Shown here piece by piece: positions 1-7,493 of a DNA stretch of 42,436 bases. The notes beneath the pieces are model-generated. The model did not search any database. It saw nothing but the letters and a program-made list of their open reading frames with translations, and had not been told where the DNA came from. The position numbers and the translations under genes were made by a program. Source of the DNA: Gemmataceae bacterium (GTDB taxonomy: Bacteria; Planctomycetota; Planctomycetia; Gemmatales; Gemmataceae); contig DAIOGM010000007.1 of assembly GCA_036745215.1 (NCBI GenBank), forward strand, positions 1 to 42,436. Reading direction: 5' to 3'. How positions within the stretch are numbered: the first letter of the stretch is position 1; every line of letters starts with the position of its first letter.

Positions 1-226
1 CGATTGAAATGCAGGTCCAGCACTTCGCTCAACGTCCGCACCAAAAGGGTCTTGCCCAGGCCGGGGACGCCTTCCAGGAGCGCGTGGCCGCCGACGAAGA
101 GGCACGTCAGGACGCCGTGGACGATGTCGGCGTGGCCGACGATGACCTTGGCGATTTCCTGATAGACGCGATCGTATTCGCTGCGGAACTCTCGGACTTG
201 TTCTTCGAAGTCGTTCTGGGAGGTCA
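1..226 (-). CDS. MoxR-like AAA+ ATPase, first 75 codons (gene runs off the window start)
   Basis: Absent from the ORF track because it is truncated. The reverse complement of 1-226 reads MTSQNDFEEQVREFRSEYDRVYQEIAKVIVGHADIVHGVLTCLFVGGHALLEGVPGLGKTLLVRTLSEVLDLHFN. The IVGH...LLEGVPGLGKT Walker A layout is the MoxR (AAA_3) N-terminus. Confidence 0.8.
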
Positions 227-246
227 TGCGGGATCCTTGGGGAGTG

Positions 247-324
247 GCCGCTTGCGGCTTCGCGCTCGGATGGCGCGATCGGAGTTTCCCGATCGCGCCA
301 TCCGAGCGCGAAGCCGCAAGCGGC
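247..324. repeat. Perfect 36-bp-stem palindrome (6-nt loop AGTTTC) between the VWA gene stop and the MoxR start
   Basis: Pairing 247-282 against 289-324 was checked base by base and has no mismatch. No T-run follows on either strand. Confidence 0.9.
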
Positions 325-330
325 GGGAAA

Positions 331-3300
331 TCACGTCGGCTTGTCCTTGTCTCGTTCTTCCATCGCCTTCTTCTTGGCGCGCATGAGGCGCGTCGCGAAA
401 TCTTCTTCCTTGTCCGGCTGCTTCTCGGCTTTCTTCTGCGGCGTCGGCTTCGGTTTCTCCGACGGCGCGCTCGTGGCGATGATCGGCGCGTCCGCGGTCT
501 TGCCGCCGGGCGTGCGTTCGAATTTCTTCGCCGCTTTTTGCTTATCCATCGTCTCGCCGACCGACGCCTTGCGGCTCTTCAGACGTTCGATGTACTCCGG
601 CATCTTCTCGTCCGACGCGGCCTGGCCGCGCAATCGCTGCCAGGTGGCGACCGATTTGACCCACACGGTTTCCGGCTGAATCGCGACGCGGCGAACCGCG
701 ACATCAAGCAGCAAACATAGCGCGGTCAGGAAGACGAGCCACGGCCAAAACGCTTGCAGGCTCGCGTGGCTTTGCGGCACGGGGCGGAAAACTTCGGATT
801 TCTCGGCGGCCTCGTCGAGCGCTTTCTTTTCGTCTTTGTACTCCTTGCCGCCCGTCTCTTTGCTGATGCGCACAAGCAAATCGGGGTTGCTTTCCATGTC
901 CGCGAACTCGGGCGAATACGGGATCGTGACGCCGGTGCGGACGGTGTCGGTCATGGCCGTCTTGATGACCTTGCCGTCCTTGTCGCGTTCGAGTTTGTCC
1001 CATTCGGCGTGGATGTTGATGAAATAAGCGCCGACCTCGTCCGCCGAGATGGTCGCTTCGTAAACGCCGGCGTTTTTCTGCTCGAACTTCAACTCGAATT
1101 TCTTGTCATCCTTGACCTTGAAATTCGGCGACGTGATGCCGGCCTTGATCTTGACGTCGGTGAGCGGCGACTTGTCGGCATCCTGCGCCTCGACGGTGAT
1201 GCGAATCTTGCCGTCCTTGTGCTCCGTGTTGAGGAAAAGGTGCTTGCCGGTCTCGGTGGGCCGCAACACCCAGGCGACGGTCTGGTCCCAGAATTTCGCG
1301 TACAGATCGCTGTTGGCCCAGTCGCGATCCCAGTATGGCTTGCCGCCTTCCGTGGTGCGGGCGTCGCTGGTGAACGCGACGGATTTGCCGAGTCCGTATT
1401 GCCAGGCCGCGAGGATCGGGAAGCGATGCTTTTCTTGCAGACCCAATGGGGGCGTCTCGATCAGCACCTTGACGAGCGGCGAATCCTTGGCGGTCGTGCG
1501 CACGAATCCGTGCAGCGGCGGCAGATTGCCCTGGATGCCCTCGGTCGGTCCCTCGCGCATGCCGGAAAGGAGCGGCTCGAATGGCTTCTCATGGACGAAC
1601 GACTGGCTGACCAGACGCGTCTCCTTGATGTAAATCGCCGGCAGTTCTTTCGCGTCCTTGATGTGATACGCGCGGCCGCCGGTCGTTTGTGCGACGGCCG
1701 CCATCTTGCGCACCTCGGCCTGGCCGTGCGTCGTGATGCAGACGGTGGTGCAGGTGATCTTCGCTTTTCGCAACAGATTCAACGCGCCGGGGCTGGCGTC
1801 CCAGTGATCGCCGTCGGAGATGAAGATGATGTGCTTGGTGCCGAGGGCGTATTCGGGATTCGTCAGTTCTTTGTGGGCTTTCAACAGGGCCGGATCGACG
1901 TCGGGCATGTCGCCGGGCTCCATCGAATCGACGAGGCGAATCAACTTCTGACGATTGCCGGCGATTTCCTGAAACGGGATGTGCCAGCGATGTCCCGGGT
2001 TGCCGCCGTTGAAGCCGTGATCGTAATGCAGTTGGCCGACCATGTCCATCGGCGAAAGTTTTTCGAGCGCGAGCTTGGCGATCTTGCGTTGCCAGGCGTT
2101 TCCCTCGGCCATTTCGGACGCGTGCATGATCATGACCAGGCCCGACTTGCCTTCGACCTTCATCGCCTTGAGGTCCATGTTGACGGGTAGCGCTTTCTCG
2201 ATTTCCGTGTTCTGCCAACCGCCGGCGCCGAAGCTCTGGTTGCCGCCGATCATGATCAGGCCGGCGCCTTGATCGTGCACGTGGCTGCGAATGACCTGCT
2301 GCTCGTCGGGCGGCAGCATTTCGGCGGGCAGGTTGGCGAGGATGACGGCGTCGAACTTGCTCAGGAACGTGGCGAGGCGTTCGTTGTCTCCCTTGGTGAA
2401 GCGGGCCCGCATCTGATCGGGCGACATGGCGACGACCTTCGTGCTCGACTTGGCTTTGCGCAGCCAGTTGACGAGCAGTTGATGCGTGATCGACTCCTCG
2501 TTGTTTTCCTCGCGCGGCTCCAGGAGCAAGATCGCGCGTTCGCCGCGCGACATGACGCAGACGCGCGCCTCGTTATTGTCAACGCGATCGCCCGGCAAGT
2601 CCTTGTGAACGAGGGCGCCTTCCGGCGTCTCGACGCGCAACGGCACGACCGTGGCCTCGTAGGCGAACACCGTGTCGTCCTTGGCGCCGGCTTGCTGGAA
2701 GTAATAGACATTGAGGCCCTGACGAAGCTTGACGATGGTCGAATGCCTGCCCTGGTCCTTGTCATCCTTGGCTTCGAAGCCGAGCTTGCGGAGATGGAGC
2801 TGCGCGACGACGATCTGCGGATGAAAGCTGCGCACGACGACGCGCAATGGCAGGCGCGAATCTCGTTCCGTCACGGGCGGCGCTTCGATGCGTTCGATGA
2901 GGATTTCTTCGACTTGCCTGCGCTTGGCGGCGATTGGAATTACATCCACCTCCACGCCGTTCTGTTTCGCAATGCGAGCCTCTTCCTCGGCACGGCCCAT
3001 GTTTTCATTGCCATCGGAAATCAGCACGATGCGCTTGGCCGAACCTTCCGGGAATGACGCGAGCGCCAGTTTCATCGCGGAGCCGACGTCGGTATAGCTG
3101 CCATCGAGCTGGCTCAAGATTCTCTTGAAGCCGAGCTTTGGCACCGCATGCGGCGGCAGTTCCAGGCGCGGCTGTTTGCCGAAGACGATGACGCCGACCG
3201 CGTCGTTCGCGTGTTTCGTGCTGCGCAAGGCGACCGATTTATTGATGAAGTCGTAGATGCGTTCCTCGCGCAAATCGCGGCCCGATTGTAACTCCGGCGG

Positions 3301-3918
3301 CATGCTGAGCGAACGATCCCAGACGAAGATGACGGTGACATTTTCGTTCGGCTTGCGAGCAAACACTTCCGCGAGAGCAAACGCCAGGAAGACGACGAGC
3401 GAGGCGCGTAAGCCGAGCACCATCCAGCGGCGATATTCGCCGAGCGAAATGAGGTTCTGGTAGCTCGTCCAAACGAGGACGGGGATCAACAAGAGCAGCA
3501 ACAACCACCACGGCTCCTGCACGCGGATCGACGTCAGAAAAACGCCGCTGCTATAGAAGCCGTCGGAAATCGACGACGCGATCAAGGCGCCGAGATTGAA
3601 AAAGAAAAAGCACACCAATCCGTAGCCGAGCGGGGCCGACCAGAAGCCGGTGAGGACGACGAGCACGAGCATGAGAGTAAAGACGCCGAAGGACGCGAGC
3701 AGGAACGTCAGCGCTGCCCAGGTGGGGTAATAATCGAAGTGATCGGGGCGGTACTCGACGAGGCCGCCGAAGCTGAACGACGCGAAGAGCGCGGCGGGCA
3801 AGTAAAGCGGCCAGGACCATGCGCCGAATTGCCATCGGCGAACTCCGGCCCAGCCGGCCAACGCGATCGCTGCGAGCAGGCTGATGAGGGCCAACCAGTA
3901 ATCCGCGAAGAACGTCAT
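331..3918 (-). CDS. Large membrane protein with a BatA-type N-terminus, VWA domain, class-I-glutamine-amidotransferase-like folds and a second degenerate VWA domain
   Basis: 1195-aa ORF with several N-terminal TM helices and the BatA_N-like segment EPWWLLLLLLIPVLVW. MIDAS motif DRSLS in VIFVWDRSLSM, with IVLISDGNEN later. GATase-like DAVILANLP...GAGLIMIGGNQSFGAGGW. Second VWA-like block HIIFISDGDHWD lacks a MIDAS motif. C-terminal TM helix followed by a Lys-rich tail. Confidence 0.85.
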   Translation of the reverse strand: MTFFADYWLALISLLAAIALAGWAGVRRWQFGAWSWPLYLPAALFASFSFGGLVEYRPDHFDYYPTWAALTFLLASFGVFTLMLVLVVLTGFWSAPLGYGLVCFFFFNLGALIASSISDGFYSSGVFLTSIRVQEPWWLLLLLLIPVLVWTSYQNLISLGEYRRWMVLGLRASLVVFLAFALAEVFARKPNENVTVIFVWDRSLSMPPELQSGRDLREERIYDFINKSVALRSTKHANDAVGVIVFGKQPRLELPPHAVPKLGFKRILSQLDGSYTDVGSAMKLALASFPEGSAKRIVLISDGNENMGRAEEEARIAKQNGVEVDVIPIAAKRRQVEEILIERIEAPPVTERDSRLPLRVVVRSFHPQIVVAQLHLRKLGFEAKDDKDQGRHSTIVKLRQGLNVYYFQQAGAKDDTVFAYEATVVPLRVETPEGALVHKDLPGDRVDNNEARVCVMSRGERAILLLEPREENNEESITHQLLVNWLRKAKSSTKVVAMSPDQMRARFTKGDNERLATFLSKFDAVILANLPAEMLPPDEQQVIRSHVHDQGAGLIMIGGNQSFGAGGWQNTEIEKALPVNMDLKAMKVEGKSGLVMIMHASEMAEGNAWQRKIAKLALEKLSPMDMVGQLHYDHGFNGGNPGHRWHIPFQEIAGNRQKLIRLVDSMEPGDMPDVDPALLKAHKELTNPEYALGTKHIIFISDGDHWDASPGALNLLRKAKITCTTVCITTHGQAEVRKMAAVAQTTGGRAYHIKDAKELPAIYIKETRLVSQSFVHEKPFEPLLSGMREGPTEGIQGNLPPLHGFVRTTAKDSPLVKVLIETPPLGLQEKHRFPILAAWQYGLGKSVAFTSDARTTEGGKPYWDRDWANSDLYAKFWDQTVAWVLRPTETGKHLFLNTEHKDGKIRITVEAQDADKSPLTDVKIKAGITSPNFKVKDDKKFELKFEQKNAGVYEATISADEVGAYFINIHAEWDKLERDKDGKVIKTAMTDTVRTGVTIPYSPEFADMESNPDLLVRISKETGGKEYKDEKKALDEAAEKSEVFRPVPQSHASLQAFWPWLVFLTALCLLLDVAVRRVAIQPETVWVKSVATWQRLRGQAASDEKMPEYIERLKSRKASVGETMDKQKAAKKFERTPGGKTADAPIIATSAPSEKPKPTPQKKAEKQPDKEEDFATRLMRAKKKAMEERDKDKPT

Positions 3919-3971
3919 GGCGGGGTACCTCTGATGCCACTTCGCTTACGCTTCAGGCTCCGAAGTTCAAA

Positions 3972-4907
3972 TCAAAAATCGATCCGCTGCACGCGATCGT
4001 TCTCGCTGTCCGCGATGTGGATGCGGCCGCGGCTATCCACGGCAAGCGCCCAGGGACTCGATAGTTGCCCCGGGGCACGGCCTGCGGTGCCCCAGGTGCC
4101 GATGGACTTGCCGTCCAGCGTTAGCTTTTGCACGCGGCAATTGCCGAACTCGACGACGTATAAATACGGCGTACGGCCCGGCGCGATCGCCACGTCGTAG
4201 GGATACGAGAATTCACCGAGCTTGTCTCCCGGCGTGCCAAACGTTCGCACGAATTCGCCGTCCGTCGTGAAAACCTGGATGCGATGATTACACGCGTCTG
4301 CTACATAGAGATGTTTGTCCGGTCCGAGCGTCATGCCGCGGATGCGGGCGAACTGGCCTTGTTCCGTGCCACCCGTGCCCCAGCATTTGAGGAACTTGCC
4401 ATCGGGATCGAACTTGCTGATGCGCTGAATTTCGCCGAACTCGGAAGCGTAGAAATTGCCGGCCTCGTCGCGGAGCGCATCGCTGATGTAGCCGAGCTGT
4501 CCGGGTTCCGTGCCCGGCTCGCCGCCGATGGTTTGCAGCAGCTTGCCTTCCGGCGAATAGACGCGCACGGCGTGATAGTGCGAATCGCTGACGATGACAT
4601 TGTGCTTGGCATCGACCGACAATCCGCTCGGTCGGCCATTGCGAAAGTCCGGCGGCGTCCATTGGACGTTGAGGTACTTGCCGTGGCGATCGAACGCCTG
4701 GATGCGCGCCGTCCAATCGACTAAATACATGCGATCGTCCGGCCCGATGGCGATGGCGCGCGGCTTGACGAGCTGGCCTGGCTGTACGCCGCGCTTGCCC
4801 CAGACGAGCTCCGGCGACGATCCGGAACCATTGCAACCGGCGAGCGCCGCTAAAAGCGCAACGATCGCAAAGCGCTGCCATCGGAATTTGATCGGCCATG
4901 GCGTCAT
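3972..4907 (-). CDS. NHL-repeat beta-propeller lipoprotein
   Basis: Lipobox LAALAGC near the N-terminus. Six repeats of the type G.G.GQF..P.GIA.D....YV.D..N.RIQ.F (for example LYVADACNHRIQVFTTDGEF and IHIADSENDRVQRI). Confidence 0.8.
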   Translation of the reverse strand: MTPWPIKFRWQRFAIVALLAALAGCNGSGSSPELVWGKRGVQPGQLVKPRAIAIGPDDRMYLVDWTARIQAFDRHGKYLNVQWTPPDFRNGRPSGLSVDAKHNVIVSDSHYHAVRVYSPEGKLLQTIGGEPGTEPGQLGYISDALRDEAGNFYASEFGEIQRISKFDPDGKFLKCWGTGGTEQGQFARIRGMTLGPDKHLYVADACNHRIQVFTTDGEFVRTFGTPGDKLGEFSYPYDVAIAPGRTPYLYVVEFGNCRVQKLTLDGKSIGTWGTAGRAPGQLSSPWALAVDSRGRIHIADSENDRVQRIDF

Positions 4908-4971
4908 GGTGCGGCCCCGTCGAAATGTTCCAATCTAGGCTATCAGGTTGCATTGGCGAATGCCAGCGCGA

Positions 4972-5805
4972 TTACGAATTGGATGGGGACGGCGCCGGCG
5001 GCGGCGATTCGGCGGGCGCTAAATGAGGAACCGCGGCGTCGCCAAAGTCGGGTTCACGGAAAATCGTCCACGCGTCTTCGCCGAATGGAATGGCGTCGGC
5101 CGTCTCGGCGGCCGGTGGCGTCCATTTCACGGGGGCTTCGGCGAGCAAACAGGTCAAGTGATTCGCCTTCGCCAGCATTTCGACCTGCATGAAAGAACCG
5201 CGCGATTGGATGGGGATATTCTGAAAGATCGTTCGCCGCGCCACGCGAAGCGGACATTCCGGATCGTGCACGCGCACGCCGAAGATCCAGCGGGCGATCC
5301 AGCGCCGGCCCCAGCCGTCGCTGCCGAGCCAGCACACGCGCGGTCCAACCGGGATGCCGAGCACGACGCGACCAAAAAGAACGGTGATGATATCCAGCAC
5401 AACGCGCCACGGCGGCGCCTGCCCGCCCGTGCGATAGCCGACGACCAGATCGACCTGGTCGATTGACTTGAACAGCTCTTCCAGGTCGGCAGGCCGATAT
5501 TGCCGGTCGCAAGAGCAGAATACGATCAGCGGGTTTTGAGCTGAACGAATGGCCTCGTTGAGTGCATCGCGAAAGCCGGTGGCGCGATCGTAGAGAATGG
5601 TTCGACATGTTTGCGGCGTATCGGAAGCCGCGACTTCGGGCCGCGTTTCTTGAATCAGAATAATCTCGTTGGGACGTCCCAGGACGCCGAGATAGGCTTG
5701 CCAATCCTTGAGCGCGTCGGCCGTTTCCGTTGACAGCGCGTGTGCGAACAGGATCACGCTGACGGGCGATTTCGCGATCGGCTCACGTTGGTTCGGCTCG
5801 ACCAT
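4972..5805 (-). CDS. Family 2 glycosyltransferase (polyprenol-phosphate sugar synthase-like, ArnC/GtrB/DPM1 style)
   Basis: 277 aa. The N-terminal VSVILFAH... strand plus IVFCSCDRQY (DxD-equivalent region) and DPECPLRVARR resemble GT2 motifs. It sits 12 nt downstream of a GT39/ArnT-like gene. Confidence 0.65.
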   Translation of the reverse strand: MVEPNQREPIAKSPVSVILFAHALSTETADALKDWQAYLGVLGRPNEIILIQETRPEVAASDTPQTCRTILYDRATGFRDALNEAIRSAQNPLIVFCSCDRQYRPADLEELFKSIDQVDLVVGYRTGGQAPPWRVVLDIITVLFGRVVLGIPVGPRVCWLGSDGWGRRWIARWIFGVRVHDPECPLRVARRTIFQNIPIQSRGSFMQVEMLAKANHLTCLLAEAPVKWTPPAAETADAIPFGEDAWTIFREPDFGDAAVPHLAPAESPPPAPSPSNS

Positions 5806-5817
5806 GAAGTCATGATA

Positions 5818-7317
5818 TCAGTTGCGCGCCGACCTGCCGTCGCTGCGCATCACCACCAACGGCCGATCGTTCGGGCCGAAGGTGAAATCGGCGGAATGCA
5901 TGACGGGTTCCAGCGCGATGTGCGGCCAATTCTGTCGCCACTCTTCCGCACAAGCTTCGGGCATCACGTAGTAAACGACGCGCGGCTTGGCGGCCCAAAT
6001 CTCGAGGTTTTCCCATTCAAGGACCGTCGGCGCGGGCCGCCCGACGTGATATGCGAGGACATGCGACTCGGCGCGGAAGAAGACGACGGGACCGCTCGTT
6101 TGTCTGCGAATTGCCGCGGCCAGCGCACGATATGGTTGATCGCGATCTGGAGCGAAGGCAAATGCGTACGTGAGCCAGCCGCCCGCGTAGACAAGCATCA
6201 GCGTCGCAAAGCTCGTTGTTAGCGTTTTGCGCCATCGACACGAAGAAAAATCCGGTTGCGTTTGCCACGCCTTTTCGATGACTGCGCCCAGGAAGAGCGC
6301 CAACCCCGGATATGCGGGCAGCAGGTAATCGGCGCGCTTGAAGCGCATGCACGATAGGAAGAACAAGATCGCGATGAACCAGATCGTTCCGAATCGCGCG
6401 ACGTCATCCTTGCGCGATTCGGGATTACGTAGAAACAGGTACACGCCCAACGGCGCCAGTAGGCTCCACGGCGCCAAGTCGATGATGGCCCTCGGCCCGT
6501 AGAACCACCATGGATGCGTCGCCAGCGCCTCGGAGCCGCCCAGGCCGCGCTCGACGTTGTGATACCAGAAGAAGACTTCGAAGAGCTGATTGTCGGTTTG
6601 AATGTTCGCCCAGATGTACCATGGCGCTGCGATCGTTAGCGTCAATGGAGCGCCCCACCAGAGTGAACGCGCTAGCGACGAGTACTGAGTACTCAGTACT
6701 GCGTATTCAGTACTGAGAGGCGAATGCGCGGGACCCAATTTTCGGATGATCCATGTTGCAATGATGACGACAGCCGGCAAGATCAACGCGATCGGGCCTT
6801 TCAGCAGTAGGCCGAATCCAATTGCTGCGTAGCCGAGGGCTTGCCAGCGTCGTGAGCCGAGGTAGAACGCGCCAAGGGCGACGGTGATCGTCATCGTGAG
6901 CGGCATATCGATGCGACCGACGCGCGCGAGCCAGGTGAAATGAACGCAGCTTGCCAGAATCGCCGCGGCCAGAAAGCCGGCGAGAGGGCGGCCGCTTCGA
7001 CAGCCGAGATAATTCAGAAAAAGCACCGTCATCGTCGCCGCGAGCGCCGCCGGCAAGCGCACCGCCCACGCATTCACGACGCCGCCGTTGAGCCAGCCGA
7101 TGAACGCAACGAGCCAGTAATACAGGGGCGGCTTCTGCAGTTCGAGATGCCTGTCAAAGAGGCGCGGCACGAGCCAGTGGCCTTCGTCGAGCATCATTTG
7201 CGCATTTTGTGCCGCGCGGGCTTCATGACTGCTCGTCAGATCGCGGTCGGCAAGAGCGGGGAAGAAGAGTAAGCCGCAGAAGAGAACCAGGCATGACGTC
7301 GGAATCCAACGTAACAT
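5818..7317 (-). CDS. ArnT/PMT-like (GT39/GT83-type) polyprenol-phosphate-dependent membrane glycosyltransferase
   Basis: 499 aa and polytopic. Signature N-terminal loop DRDLTSSHEARAAQNAQMML...ELQKPPLYYWLVA. More than 10 predicted TM helices and a soluble C-terminal domain. Confidence 0.8.
   Translation of the reverse strand: MLRWIPTSCLVLFCGLLFFPALADRDLTSSHEARAAQNAQMMLDEGHWLVPRLFDRHLELQKPPLYYWLVAFIGWLNGGVVNAWAVRLPAALAATMTVLFLNYLGCRSGRPLAGFLAAAILASCVHFTWLARVGRIDMPLTMTITVALGAFYLGSRRWQALGYAAIGFGLLLKGPIALILPAVVIIATWIIRKLGPAHSPLSTEYAVLSTQYSSLARSLWWGAPLTLTIAAPWYIWANIQTDNQLFEVFFWYHNVERGLGGSEALATHPWWFYGPRAIIDLAPWSLLAPLGVYLFLRNPESRKDDVARFGTIWFIAILFFLSCMRFKRADYLLPAYPGLALFLGAVIEKAWQTQPDFSSCRWRKTLTTSFATLMLVYAGGWLTYAFAFAPDRDQPYRALAAAIRRQTSGPVVFFRAESHVLAYHVGRPAPTVLEWENLEIWAAKPRVVYYVMPEACAEEWRQNWPHIALEPVMHSADFTFGPNDRPLVVMRSDGRSARN
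6681..6717. repeat. AT-rich AGTACT-based palindromic insert lying in frame inside the GT39 gene
   Basis: AGTACTGAGTACTCAGTACT (6681-6700) is a perfect 20-nt palindrome. TCAGTACTG recurs at 6693-6701 and 6707-6715. It encodes STEYAVLSTQYS in an otherwise GC-rich ORF. Confidence 0.85.
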
Positions 7318-7354
7318 CGAATATGATCCTGAATTCGTTTACTGAATTTCAGGT

Positions 7355-7438
7355 ATGCAATGCTTGTGTTGGAGTTCCGCCTTTAGGCGGGCTTGAGCGA
7401 ATCGCCGCCTAAAGGCGGAACTCCAACGCGCATTGCAT
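7355..7438. repeat. Compound palindrome: 23-bp perfect inner stem plus 9-bp outer stem
   Basis: GTTGGAGTTCCGCCTTTAGGCGG (7368-7390) pairs perfectly with 7405-7427 around a 14-nt loop. ATGCAATGC (7355-7363) pairs with GCATTGCAT (7430-7438). Each arm also contains its own CCGCC-TTTA-GGCGG mini-hairpin. Confidence 0.9.
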
Positions 7439-7451
7439 TACTGAGTATCAA

Positions 7452-7486
7452 TGCGCCCGCATGGCGCCGCGCGGGCGCTAAACGAA
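7452..7486. repeat. Diverged member of the TGGCGCC-loop / GCTAAACG hairpin family (family C), just downstream of the ABC exporter stop
   Basis: GCGCCCGC-ATGGCGCCGC-GCGGGCGC followed by TAAACG. It shares the loop core TGGCGCC and the GCTAAACG tail with the copies at 32360 and 33286. Confidence 0.6.
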
Positions 7487-7493
7487 TAAACCG

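Noticed and set aside
247-324. The long palindromes (247, 7355, 24349 and the family A copies) considered as canonical intrinsic terminators.
   Set aside because: Their stems are 23-36 bp and none is followed by a U-tract in the relevant orientation. Only 39794-39828 fits the terminator model, and 11803-11882 fits it weakly.
754-2190. Long plus-strand ORF (478 aa) antisense to the VWA gene. The same class includes 20156-22726 (856 aa), 29011-30285 (424 aa), 25582-26643, 34046-35113, 34372-35379, 36166-37209, 8793-9800, 15079-15738 and 41629-42381.
   Set aside because: They are Arg/Ala/Gly/Asp-rich, low-complexity translations lying opposite genes with clear family signatures. This is the typical shadow-ORF pattern of a GC-rich genome.
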